Source of the DNA: Christensenellales bacterium
GTDB lineage: Bacteria > Bacillota > Clostridia > Christensenellales > UBA1242
Assembly: GCA_051889215.1 (NCBI GenBank)
Contig: JBJFDC010000003.1
Location: 7,456-71,455 of the forward strand
Reading direction: 5' to 3'
DNA length: 64,000 bases
The position numbers and the translations under genes were made by a program. Positions within the stretch are counted from its first letter, which is position 1. Each line of letters begins with the position of its first letter. This document shows, one piece after another, positions 31,491-40,201 of the stretch. Under the pieces are notes generated by a model. It made no database searches. It was not told the origin of the DNA and worked only from the letters and a program-made list of their open reading frames with translations.

Positions 31491-31550
31491 AAGTTGACCC
31501 AAATTCGAATTTGTGAAATAATGTGTTTATCAACACATTGGAGGAAATGT

Positions 31551-32201
31551 ATGAAAAAAGGTTATAAAGTGAACAAAGCCGCTGGCATAATTGATATTGT
31601 TTATGCAAGTTTGGTTATGTTTGCCAGTCTCATCATGTTGGTTTATTTGATGATTGTGGGCGCTGCGGTTTCTGAAGCGGTCGGAGCGGCCGGCGGCACT
31701 CAAGGTGAAGTCGATGCGTTTTTTGCGACGACTGGAATTGTTATGCTTGTTATCACTTGTGCTTTGGCTGTCGTTTATTTGGTGTTTGGCATAAAAACAT
31801 TAAAATATTCAAATTCTTCTCAAAAACAATATTTTTCTTCAAAATCGGCCTTGCTTGCTTTTGCTATTGTTGAATCAGTTTTCCTTTTGTTTGCATTTGC
31901 ATCAATCGCAGTATCTCCAGAATTTGCATCAGTTCCATTGCTGCTTATTGCATCACTAGTTTTACGCTGGATTGGATATGCGTATTGCGTTCAAGGAGAA
32001 AAAGAAGAGGCAAACAAAGTTGTGGAAAACAACTCCCAACAAGCCGACCAACAAAACACTCAAAATGATGCTCAACAATCAGAGCCAGTTCCAAACGACG
32101 ACAAAATGTTCCAAAATCTTGAAAAGCTCAACAAGCTCAGAGTTGATGGAGCAATCACACAAGAAGAATTTGAAAACATGAAGAAAAAGATTATTGAGTA
32201 A
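31551..32201 (+). CDS. polytopic membrane protein with C-terminal SHOCT domain
   Basis: Four hydrophobic segments, a Gln/Asn-rich linker, and a C-terminal LNKLRVDGAITQEEFENMKKKI (SHOCT-like). GGAGG RBS before the ATG at 31551. Confidence 0.7.
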   Translation: MKKGYKVNKAAGIIDIVYASLVMFASLIMLVYLMIVGAAVSEAVGAAGGTQGEVDAFFATTGIVMLVITCALAVVYLVFGIKTLKYSNSSQKQYFSSKSALLAFAIVESVFLLFAFASIAVSPEFASVPLLLIASLVLRWIGYAYCVQGEKEEANKVVENNSQQADQQNTQNDAQQSEPVPNDDKMFQNLEKLNKLRVDGAITQEEFENMKKKIIE

Positions 32202-32202
32202 T

Positions 32203-32232
32203 AAAAAGTCACCCTTGATGGTGACTTTTTTG
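32203..32232. terminator. bidirectional rho-independent terminator
   Basis: AAGTCACC-CTTGAT-GGTGACTT, flanked by an A-run and a T-run. Lies between convergent genes. Confidence 0.6.
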
Positions 32233-32240
32233 TTTGCTTT

Positions 32241-32435
32241 TTATTTTATTGCCCTTCCTTTTGAATCGGTGAATGTGCCGCACAAAATCATAATGAAGTC
32301 AACGAGCGCACCAATTCCAAACAATCCGCCAGTGAAAAGCCAAATCAACCCCGTCCCAATCTTTCCGACGACAAAACGGTGAATTCCAAAAATGCCAAAA
32401 AAGAAACATATTAATGCAAGTCCAGTTCTATTCAT
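32241..32435 (-). CDS. TM2 domain-containing small membrane protein
   Basis: GIFGIHRF..G....G..W..T.G.FGIG...D motif. GGAGGG RBS. Confidence 0.7.
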   Translation of the reverse strand: MNRTGLALICFFFGIFGIHRFVVGKIGTGLIWLFTGGLFGIGALVDFIMILCGTFTDSKGRAIK

Positions 32436-32510
32436 ATTCCCTCCATTAATATGTTGCTCATTTTCTCATTTTTTATCAAACAATTAAAAACACGTCTTGA
32501 TATAAACAAA

Positions 32511-32918
32511 TTATTTCTTTGTTTGCTTCGCACCGCAATGAGGGCATTCAAATTTGTTTTCCTCAAGTTCTGACCCACAATAGGCACACGTTCTTGATTT
32601 TTGAATTTCGTTTGAAACTTTTCTAGCCATAAATTCATTTTGTTCGGATATTTTTTTCATTCTGTTTTGTTTGACAACAGGATCCATTGAATAGACAACG
32701 CTCGTCACTCCAACCGAAACAAAAAGTCCAATCATCATGAGCGCTGCGCCTCCAAATATTTTTGAAGCTTTTGCGCTTTCCGCATCAAACCAACCGATTT
32801 CGCCCATTGATGGAACATTGCCCGAGAGCGCGATGGCCAAAACGACAATCCCCAAAACAAACAAGCATATGCCCGCAACAAGCGGAATTAAAAAATATTT
32901 TTTTGGCTTTTCTTTCAT
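32511..32918 (-). CDS. membrane protein with C-terminal zinc ribbon
   Basis: Two TM helices, then C.YCG....... CPHCG. 4-nt overlap with gmk. Confidence 0.65.
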   Translation of the reverse strand: MKEKPKKYFLIPLVAGICLFVLGIVVLAIALSGNVPSMGEIGWFDAESAKASKIFGGAALMMIGLFVSVGVTSVVYSMDPVVKQNRMKKISEQNEFMARKVSNEIQKSRTCAYCGSELEENKFECPHCGAKQTKK

Positions 32919-33460
32919 ATGTTCCCTTTTGGATAAATTTTGCTTTCAATAAATTCAACCGTTTCATGAAGGTTAACATTTTCAATAACGTAGTCAAAAT
33001 TGCCCTTGTGACTCTCTTCAAAGTCAAATCTTTCAAGGCGTTTTGCAACTTCTTTTTCACCGCGCTCAACAAGGCGTTTTTCAACCTCATCTTTTGGACA
33101 AGTCAGATATATCGAAACAATTTTGACTTTGTCCTTGAGTCGTGAAACATAATATTTTTGTCCCAAAACACCAAGGTCTTTGATAAAATCTTTTTCGCCC
33201 TTTATGATTTCTTCAACCGACGAATTGAGTGTTCCATAGGTATTTCCGTGAATTTCTTCATGCTCAAAAAGTTCATTGTTTTCAAGTTTTTTTTGCATTT
33301 CGTCAAAATCGAGAAAGATATATCCTTTTCCGATTTCGTGTTCTCTTGGTTTTCTTGTGGAGCAAGACATGAGGTAGCGGAGATTGCTGTTTCTTTTTAG
33401 CAACTCCTCAATAACGGTGTTTTTCCCAACGCCTGATGGTCCAGAAATAATTACAAACAT
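32915..33460 (-). CDS. gmk: guanylate kinase
   Basis: GPSGVGKNT P-loop, S.STR.PR..E..G..Y.F and ....YGT. AAGGAG RBS. Confidence 0.85.
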   Translation of the reverse strand: MFVIISGPSGVGKNTVIEELLKRNSNLRYLMSCSTRKPREHEIGKGYIFLDFDEMQKKLENNELFEHEEIHGNTYGTLNSSVEEIIKGEKDFIKDLGVLGQKYYVSRLKDKVKIVSIYLTCPKDEVEKRLVERGEKEVAKRLERFDFEESHKGNFDYVIENVNLHETVEFIESKIYPKGNI

Positions 33461-33557
33461 ATATTCTCCTTCGTGTGTATTTTATTCTATCATTTTTGCC
33501 ATTTTTGTCAAACGATATGGTTGTTTGTCAAAAAAAAAGAACTCCAATTTTGAAGTT

Positions 33558-34343
33558 CTATTCAAAAATACGATCAAGGTCAACATTTTTGACAAAAACT
33601 GAATATCCTTGGTCAAAATCGCTTTGTTTCACGCAATTAAAATCGTCCACATTTTCGACTTCAAAAAAGCCGCAATTTTTATAAAACTTTTCAAGACTAT
33701 TTTGAGTTTGTTTTTCGTTTTCAACATCAAACGCCCCCGCTTGAAGAACGATTGAACTGATATACGAAAGAGAGCAAAGTGATGGAAGAAAAGATGTTAG
33801 CATCTTTGTGGCAAATCCATTTCCGCGGCTTTGGGAGTCGGTCTCAATTTCGTCCACAAAACATCTGGTTTGATTGTTTTTATATCCCATTTTTTCCACT
33901 TCGATTGTTGCGCCAAACAAAGGCCCCACGAGTTCTTCGTCCTCAACCTTGTAGCCCTCAATTTTTCCATGAGGTTTGAGAATGGTCAAATCATCTTCAT
34001 CTGCACTTTTGTTTTCGTGTTGTTTTGAGGAAGATTTGTTCACATAATTGACAATTCCGTCCAGTGACAACATATTCCCGCCGCCCAAAATATAATCGGT
34101 GGCAAGTTCAAGAATTTTTAAATTTTTTTGAAAATGAATTGAAAAAGCCTTGAACACTGCTTCGCCGCCGTCAATCATTTTGTTTATTTCTTCAACATCT
34201 TTTTCTGAAACCGCCTTCATTTTTTTTGTTCTTGCATTATACATTTGAACAAAAGTTCCGTGTTCATTTTGATAAACACAGACAGCCATCGGTTGAACTC
34301 CATATTCTTTGCATATTTTTTTCTTCAATTCTTTTGTATCCAT
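33558..34343 (-). CDS. hypothetical protein with C-terminal GNAT-like acetyltransferase motif
   Basis: R-G-N-G-F-A-T-K-M-L resembles GNAT motif A. The N-terminal half is unrecognised. The terminator hairpin AGAACT...AGTTCT overlaps the stop codon. Confidence 0.6.
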   Translation of the reverse strand: MDTKELKKKICKEYGVQPMAVCVYQNEHGTFVQMYNARTKKMKAVSEKDVEEINKMIDGGEAVFKAFSIHFQKNLKILELATDYILGGGNMLSLDGIVNYVNKSSSKQHENKSADEDDLTILKPHGKIEGYKVEDEELVGPLFGATIEVEKMGYKNNQTRCFVDEIETDSQSRGNGFATKMLTSFLPSLCSLSYISSIVLQAGAFDVENEKQTQNSLEKFYKNCGFFEVENVDDFNCVKQSDFDQGYSVFVKNVDLDRIFE

Positions 34344-34407
34344 AAGCCCTCAAAAGTTTTTTTATATTTCAATCTTATCAAATTATATTATTTTGTCAAT
34401 AGAATGG

Positions 34408-35460
34408 TTAAATTTTGACAACACTTGATGCGGTGAGATTGGTGTCCGAAAGTCCCTCGCCTTTTTTCATCATAAAGTATGCCGCGCTGCCAATCATTGC
34501 CGCGTTGTCCGTGCAAAGCGAAAGTTGGGGCATAAACAAATTGATGTTTTGTTTTTGACACTGGGTTGTGAGAAGTTCTTTGAGCCGAGAGTTTGCCGAA
34601 ACACCGCCTGCAACAACGAGCTTGTTGAGTTTGTATTCATTTGCTGCGCGAGTTGCTTTCTTGACGAGTTCCGAGCACACTTCTTCCTCAAACGATGCGG
34701 CAATGTCTGCCTTGTTTATTTCTTCGCCTTTTTGTTCTTTGTTGTGAACATAGTTTATTACAGCAGTTTTAACTCCGGAAAAAGAAAAATTATATGTCCC
34801 AACAAGTGGAGTTTTGCAAAATGTTATATTTGCTTTTCCTTCTCTTGCCAGTTTGTCAATTTTTGGACCACCGGGATATCCGAGCCCCAAAACTCTTGCG
34901 ACCTTGTCGAAGCATTCCCCAACCGCATCGTCAATGGTTGAGCCAATGAGAATTCGTTTGTTATAGTCTTCGACTTTGAGAATTGCCGTATGTCCGCCGC
35001 TCGTGAGCAAACACATATAAGGCGGAACAAGTTCGGGATATGTCAAATAGTTTGCCGCAATATGCCCCTCAATGTGACTGACCGCAACGAGCGGAATGTT
35101 GTTTTCAAAGGCGAGCGCTTTTGCAAAGTTAACTCCAACGAGCAGCGCACCAATAAGTCCCGCTCCATATGTGACCGCAATCAAATCGATGTCATCAAGC
35201 GAGACATTTGCTTTTTGCAATGCTTCATTAGTCACATTGGATATTGCAAGAATGTGATTGCGAGATGCAACCTCCGGCACCACCCCACCAAATCTCACAT
35301 GGATTGGAATTTGAGTTGAAACAACATTTGAAAGAATATTTCTGCCATTTTCAACAACCGCAACGCTTGTCTCATCGCATGAAGATTCAAACGCAAGCAC
35401 AAGCACGCGTTGTTTGTCCTTTAATTTTTCGAATTTTTGTTTTGCTTGGTCAAAATACAT
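34408..35460 (-). CDS. tsaD: tRNA N6-adenosine threonylcarbamoyltransferase TsaD
   Basis: FESSCDETSVAVV, GVVPE.A.R.H and G.H..GH motifs. Start set to the ATG at 35460, 1 nt after the upstream stop. The track's longer N-terminus overlaps the upstream gene. Confidence 0.9.
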   Translation of the reverse strand: MYFDQAKQKFEKLKDKQRVLVLAFESSCDETSVAVVENGRNILSNVVSTQIPIHVRFGGVVPEVASRNHILAISNVTNEALQKANVSLDDIDLIAVTYGAGLIGALLVGVNFAKALAFENNIPLVAVSHIEGHIAANYLTYPELVPPYMCLLTSGGHTAILKVEDYNKRILIGSTIDDAVGECFDKVARVLGLGYPGGPKIDKLAREGKANITFCKTPLVGTYNFSFSGVKTAVINYVHNKEQKGEEINKADIAASFEEEVCSELVKKATRAANEYKLNKLVVAGGVSANSRLKELLTTQCQKQNINLFMPQLSLCTDNAAMIGSAAYFMMKKGEGLSDTNLTASSVVKI

Positions 35461-35461
35461 T

Positions 35462-36091
35462 TCAATCTCCTCGACTTGCGCCTTGGCAAGTTTCATTTCG
35501 ACTTTGTTGCGAAAATTTTGTCTTGTTTTCAACAATTAAATTTATATTTGAGGTCTCTCTTATTTTTTTTATGTCTTTGTTGCTGTCAAGCACATAAAAA
35601 GACTTGACTGACGAGATGTCGATGCGTGGAACAACAATCAAAGAATCATAAAAATCTTTTTGTTTGCAAACATTTGAAATTTCATCTTGAATATGTTGTG
35701 AATACATTTCTTGAAGGTCAAAAAATTCTTCTTCTTTTCCACATCGCAAAACCCTTTCCATACGTTTTTCATACATGATTTTTGTCGCAATCATGTCATA
35801 AAAAGAGCGTTTGCCCAAAATCAAATATTCATTGTTATATGGCTCGAAAGAAATCATGACATTGTCATCGTCCAAATAGCGTTTGCACTCTGCCGGCGTG
35901 GAAAAAGCGCAAATTGAATCCTCAATCCAATCTTCCTTGTCAAAATACTCCAAAACAGGAGGCAATTCATATGTGTAGTCATCGTGATATGTTCCCGCCA
36001 TATCGTCACACTCAATGCTTCCCACATGGTTTTGATTTTTTGCAATTTTTTCAACAAAAACATAATTTGGAATCAAACAATATAATCTCAT
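35462..36091 (-). CDS. hypothetical protein (209 aa)
   Basis: AAGGAG RBS. Packed with 1-nt gaps between prfB and tsaD. No recognisable domain. Confidence 0.6.
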   Translation of the reverse strand: MRLYCLIPNYVFVEKIAKNQNHVGSIECDDMAGTYHDDYTYELPPVLEYFDKEDWIEDSICAFSTPAECKRYLDDDNVMISFEPYNNEYLILGKRSFYDMIATKIMYEKRMERVLRCGKEEEFFDLQEMYSQHIQDEISNVCKQKDFYDSLIVVPRIDISSVKSFYVLDSNKDIKKIRETSNINLIVENKTKFSQQSRNETCQGASRGD

Positions 36092-36092
36092 A

Positions 36093-37212
36093 TCACTCCT
36101 TCACGACTTTGTTGCTTTTGATTAGATAGTTGTTTATAAAAGGTTGAATGTCCCCATTCATAACAGCATTGATATCACTCGTCTCAAAGTTTGTTCTGTG
36201 GTCTTTGACCATTGTGTAGGGCTGAAAAACATATGAACGGATTTGACTGCCCCACTCAATTTTTTTGATTTCGCCGCGAATTGAGTTGAGGCGTTCCATC
36301 TCTTCTTGTTCCTGTTTTTCAACCAATTTGCTATAAAGCATGCTCATTGCGGTTTCTCTGTTTTGAATTTGAGAGCGCTCTGTTTGACATGCAACAATAA
36401 TTCCGGTTGGAATGTGCGTGATTCTTATCGCGCTTTCGGTTTTGTTGACGTGTTGTCCGCCCGCGCCGCTACTGCGATATGTGTCAACTTTCAGGTCTTC
36501 GGGTCTGATTTCAATTTCTGGAGCTTCTTGAATTTGTGGCATGACTTCAAGACTTGCAAAACTCGTATGACGGCGGGCATTTGAATCAAATGGCGAGATT
36601 CGAACAAGTCTATGCACACCTTTTTCGCATTTGAGATATCCATATGCGTTTTCACCTTCAACCAAAAATGTGATGCTCTTTATTCCCGCTTCATCTCCGT
36701 CGAGAATGTCATATACCGTGATTTTCCAACCTTGTTTTTCGGCATACATTTGATACATTCTGAAAAGCATTTCGGTCCAATCTTGCGCTTCGGTTCCGCC
36801 AGCACCGGCATGCAATGTCAAAATTGCATTGAAAGAATCATACTTGCCGTTAAGCATGGTTGTGAGTCTGACATCTTCAAGATTTTTTTCAAACGCTTTT
36901 AATTTTGTTTCGAGTTCGGTTTCCATTTCTCCGTCAGAAAATTCTTCGACCAACTCGACCAAAGCATTGAGGTCTTTGACCGATTTTTCAAGCCCTGAAA
37001 TTTGTTCAAGTTTTTTCTCGCAACCTCGCACTTTTCTTCCATTTTCCCCAACGCGTTTTGTGTCAGAATAAAAGTCGGGGGCGAGTTGCTCCAAATGAAG
37101 TTTTTTTAATTCTTCTTCAAGTTTTTCCGGGTCAAAGACACTCCTTGATGAAGGACAAAGTCTCTTCACCGGATTTTATTCTTTCTTTGATGTTGTCAAT
37201 AAGCATTTCCAT
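36093..37212 (-). CDS. prfB: peptide chain release factor 2, requires programmed +1 frameshift
   Basis: ORF0 runs from ATG 37212 (MEMLIDNIKERIKSGEETLSFIKECL) to an in-frame TGA at 37134-37132. After a +1 shift the reading continues as DPEKLEEELKKL... The SPF and GGQ (SGAGGQHVN) motifs are present. Confidence 0.9.
37131..37148 (-). other. RF2 +1 frameshift site
   Basis: The minus strand reads AAGGAG TGT CTT TGA C, which is the canonical internal SD-like element followed by CUU UGA C. Confidence 0.85.
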
Positions 37213-37213
37213 G

Positions 37214-39271
37214 TCAGTTCTCCTTTATGAATGAGGTTAAATTCTTGCTCGAAAGCACGACGAGTTCATGCAGTGCACGAGTTGCTGAAATATATAGGAC
37301 TTTTTTGTCAACCAAAGTTTTGTAGTTTGAGTCATCGCAATTTGGAATGATAACTTCGTCAAATTCGAGTCCTTTGCTCATTCCGCTCGATGTGAAAATA
37401 ACACCTGTTTCAATGAGCGTGTTCTGTTTGCTGAGAAGGACACATTTGAGTTTGTCCTCAAAAATGCCATAAAGTTCTTTTGCTTCTTCGTCATCTTTTG
37501 CAATGATTGCAATCCTTGAGTAGTTTTTGTTTAATCCTTGTTTGATTTGGTCCTCAAGTCGAGCCAGCATTTCACTCTTGTTTTGACATTTTTTGATTTC
37601 GACGTCAACGCCATGTCGATTTACGTTGTCAACGCCCTCAAGTCCCAAAATATTTTGAGCAAAGTGGGCAATTTCAACCGTGCTTCGATATGATTTATTC
37701 ATATATAACAACAATGAATTTGAGCCATATATTTTTTTGAGGGTTTGCAAATATTCGTCCGTGAGGTCTCGGTCAAAACATTGATATATGTCGCCAAGAA
37801 TTGTTTTTGGACATTTGAATATTTTGTTGAACAACAAGAAATGAATTGGACCATAATCTTGCATTTCATCGATGAGAAGATATTTGACAGATTTATCCGG
37901 AGTCAACCCGACAAAATAATCTTTTATAAACATGATTGGCGCGACATCTTCAAAACGCACAACACCGCTGGCAGAAAATTCAAACACGAGATTTTGAGTT
38001 GAAAGGAAATCTTCATATATTTCAACAAGGTTCGTGTTTTTGAACATCTTGTAGAGTCTGTTCTTGAGTCTTGAAAAAACACCACCACCATGTTCGTTCA
38101 CAAAGTTTATTTCATCACAACAAAAATCTGCAATATAGTCAATTCTCTTTGCAACATCAAGTTCTTTGTAGCGCTCATAATAGAGTTCGGTGAGTTTTTC
38201 TTTTGTGATTGTGCAGTCGCCAACAACAATATCTTCCGCCTCAAATTCTGCGACAATTTTTTCTTTGAGATATCTCTTGAGATTTTCACAAAACTCGTTT
38301 GACGTTTTTTGCTCAATCTCTTTTCTTCGTTTTGTGTTTCCTTTGATTAGGTCTTCAAGCATATCTTCTCGGTCCTCAAAAACAATGTCATCGCGAAGAT
38401 TTTCAAATGCAATTTCTTTGAATGTGATTTCGCAAATATTTTGTTCGCCAAGTTCTGGAAGAACGTTTGAAATGTAGTCAGAAAAAATCTTGTTTGGAGA
38501 AATAATCATAATGTCTTTTGAGCGGATTTTTTCTTTGTATTTATAGAGAAGAAATGCAACTCTATGAAGTGCAATGCTTGTTTTTCCACTTCCCGCAACA
38601 CCTTGAACAATAAGAGTTTGTTCAAGGTCTCCACGAATAATTTTGTTCTGCTCTTTTTGAATTGTGGAAACAATGTTTTTCATTTTGTTGTCGACATTTT
38701 GAGAAAGAGTTTGTTGCAAAATGTCGTCCCCAATCGTCAGATCGCTATCAAACACAAATTGAAGCGAAGAATCTTTGATTTTATATTGTCTTTTCAGCGT
38801 TATATTTCCCTCAATATCTCCAAGGGGGGCAGAGTATTTTGCTCTCCCTTTTTCATAGTCATAATACATTGAACAAATTGGAGCACGCCAGTCGCAAATA
38901 TAGGGGGACAAGAGATTATCTTCGTTCGCAAGATGAGCAACACCAACATAAATTCTGTCGATGTCGCGAGTGTCGTCAGCAACAAAATCAATTCTTCCAA
39001 AATATGGACTATCAATTTGACGTTTCAATATTGCGCGTTTGTCGACGAGTTGAATGAGTTCAACGTCCGCTTGTTCAAGCATTCCACTCGCACTCGCCTT
39101 CTCTTCTCTGTCCATGCTTGCAAACTGACTTGTTATATATTCCAAAGCATCATTAACTTTGATTTTTTGACCGCCAATTTTTTCTTCAACAACAGCGAGT
39201 TTTTGTTTGAGAACGTTCTCAACAACATTTAATCTTTTTGCTTCAGATAGATATTCTTCATCTGTTATCAT
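37214..39271 (-). CDS. helD: HelD-type (helicase IV-like) UvrD-family helicase
   Basis: N-terminal SPYFGRIDF...IYVG......DWRAPI.SMYY signature of HelD, then the VQGVAGSGKTS Walker A. AGGAGG RBS. Confidence 0.85.
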   Translation of the reverse strand: MITDEEYLSEAKRLNVVENVLKQKLAVVEEKIGGQKIKVNDALEYITSQFASMDREEKASASGMLEQADVELIQLVDKRAILKRQIDSPYFGRIDFVADDTRDIDRIYVGVAHLANEDNLLSPYICDWRAPICSMYYDYEKGRAKYSAPLGDIEGNITLKRQYKIKDSSLQFVFDSDLTIGDDILQQTLSQNVDNKMKNIVSTIQKEQNKIIRGDLEQTLIVQGVAGSGKTSIALHRVAFLLYKYKEKIRSKDIMIISPNKIFSDYISNVLPELGEQNICEITFKEIAFENLRDDIVFEDREDMLEDLIKGNTKRRKEIEQKTSNEFCENLKRYLKEKIVAEFEAEDIVVGDCTITKEKLTELYYERYKELDVAKRIDYIADFCCDEINFVNEHGGGVFSRLKNRLYKMFKNTNLVEIYEDFLSTQNLVFEFSASGVVRFEDVAPIMFIKDYFVGLTPDKSVKYLLIDEMQDYGPIHFLLFNKIFKCPKTILGDIYQCFDRDLTDEYLQTLKKIYGSNSLLLYMNKSYRSTVEIAHFAQNILGLEGVDNVNRHGVDVEIKKCQNKSEMLARLEDQIKQGLNKNYSRIAIIAKDDEEAKELYGIFEDKLKCVLLSKQNTLIETGVIFTSSGMSKGLEFDEVIIPNCDDSNYKTLVDKKVLYISATRALHELVVLSSKNLTSFIKEN

Positions 39272-39348
39272 TTTTCCTCCTGAAAAAATAAAAAGACTCC
39301 ATGCGACAAAAAACGAAAAACAACAAGTTTTTCGTTAGGTCTCTGAAG

Positions 39349-39639
39349 TCATTTTGCCGAGCCAAATCTCTTTGTGTCAACAACAGTGTCAACAAGCATA
39401 ACTTGGCAGTTTTTGTATTTGTTTGCAACTTTGCCAATCTCACTTGGGAGATTGAATTCAAGGTCATAAGAAAGAGCATTTTCAATGTATACTCTCAAAT
39501 AGTCCTTGCAATAAAGATATGCTTCTTCCACGTTTTTTCCATTGGTCGAAATTCCAAGGTCTGGAATCATGGCAACAAAGTTTTCATCTTCAAACTCGTC
39601 TTTGAACACAACCATGGGATAAAGATACAACTTTAACAT
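39349..39639 (-). CDS. HicB-like (UPF0150) antitoxin-fold protein, no partner gene
   Basis: YLYPMVVFKDEFEDENFVAMIPDLGISTNGKNVEEAYLYCKDYL matches the HicB N-terminal pattern (Y.YP..F...E.g.f...PDL....t.G....EA). No HicA-like ORF on either side. Confidence 0.6.
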   Translation of the reverse strand: MLKLYLYPMVVFKDEFEDENFVAMIPDLGISTNGKNVEEAYLYCKDYLRVYIENALSYDLEFNLPSEIGKVANKYKNCQVMLVDTVVDTKRFGSAK

Positions 39640-39693
39640 AAATACCTCTAATAGCATTAGTTTATCACATTATGCGAAATCATACAAACAAAA

Positions 39694-39726
39694 TATAAAA
39701 AAACTCCGAACAAAAAATTCGGAGTT
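39694..39726 (-). terminator. rho-independent terminator of the small-protein gene
   Basis: AACTCCGAA-N7-TTCGGAGTT (9-bp stem), followed by a T-run on the minus strand. Confidence 0.7.
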
Positions 39727-39730
39727 TTTG

Positions 39731-39955
39731 TTATCTGCACAAAAAAGTTTCTTTTACGTTTCTTTTGATTTCCTTGCAATTCTCTTGTGCTTGTCTGACT
39801 TCTGTGCTTATTGCAACGCCAGCAATAACTTGTGCAACTTTTTCTCCGTTTGGCATTGTCAAATATGTTGAATATGCTCCATCCATTTGTTTGTTTGTTT
39901 TTATCACATCGTTGACAATGGCTGAATTTCCGATTACATTTTTTACTATGCTCAT
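39731..39955 (-). CDS. small (74 aa) hypothetical protein with strong expression signals
   Basis: AAGGAG RBS 6 nt before the ATG, an extended -10 promoter and a strong terminator. I recognise no family. Confidence 0.65.
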   Translation of the reverse strand: MSIVKNVIGNSAIVNDVIKTNKQMDGAYSTYLTMPNGEKVAQVIAGVAISTEVRQAQENCKEIKRNVKETFLCR

Positions 39956-39991
39956 GTTTTCTCCTTGATGTCTTTTTGTTTTTATGGCAGA

Positions 39992-40020
39992 ATTCTAACA
40001 CAAAGTTTTGAGTTTGTCCA
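39992..40020 (-). promoter_or_regulatory. sigma-A-like promoter TGGACA-N17-TAGAAT with TGT extended -10
   Basis: Read on the minus strand upstream of the small-protein gene. An almost pure A/T tract lies further upstream. Confidence 0.45.
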
Positions 40021-40201
40021 TACCTTTTGAAAAAATTTTTTTGTTTTTCCAAAATTTGTCAAAATGAGACAAGTGTGAAAAAATAAATAAAATTAATTAA
40101 AAATAATTGAAAAATAATTATCAAAAATATTAGATTAAAAATAAATAAAATAATTAAATTAATTTTACTCCTTACAAAGTAAGGAGTAATTTTTGTTATA
40201 A

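Noticed and set aside
39657-40052. 131-aa minus-strand ORF overlapping the 74-aa ORF
   Set aside because: It has no RBS, its product is highly basic and low-complexity, and it spans the terminator and promoter of the better-supported 39731-39955 gene.
40075-40165. The extreme A/T tract as a second replication origin or unwinding element
   Set aside because: There are no DnaA boxes or trio-like runs nearby. It sits directly upstream of a promoter, which makes an UP element or curved DNA the simpler reading.
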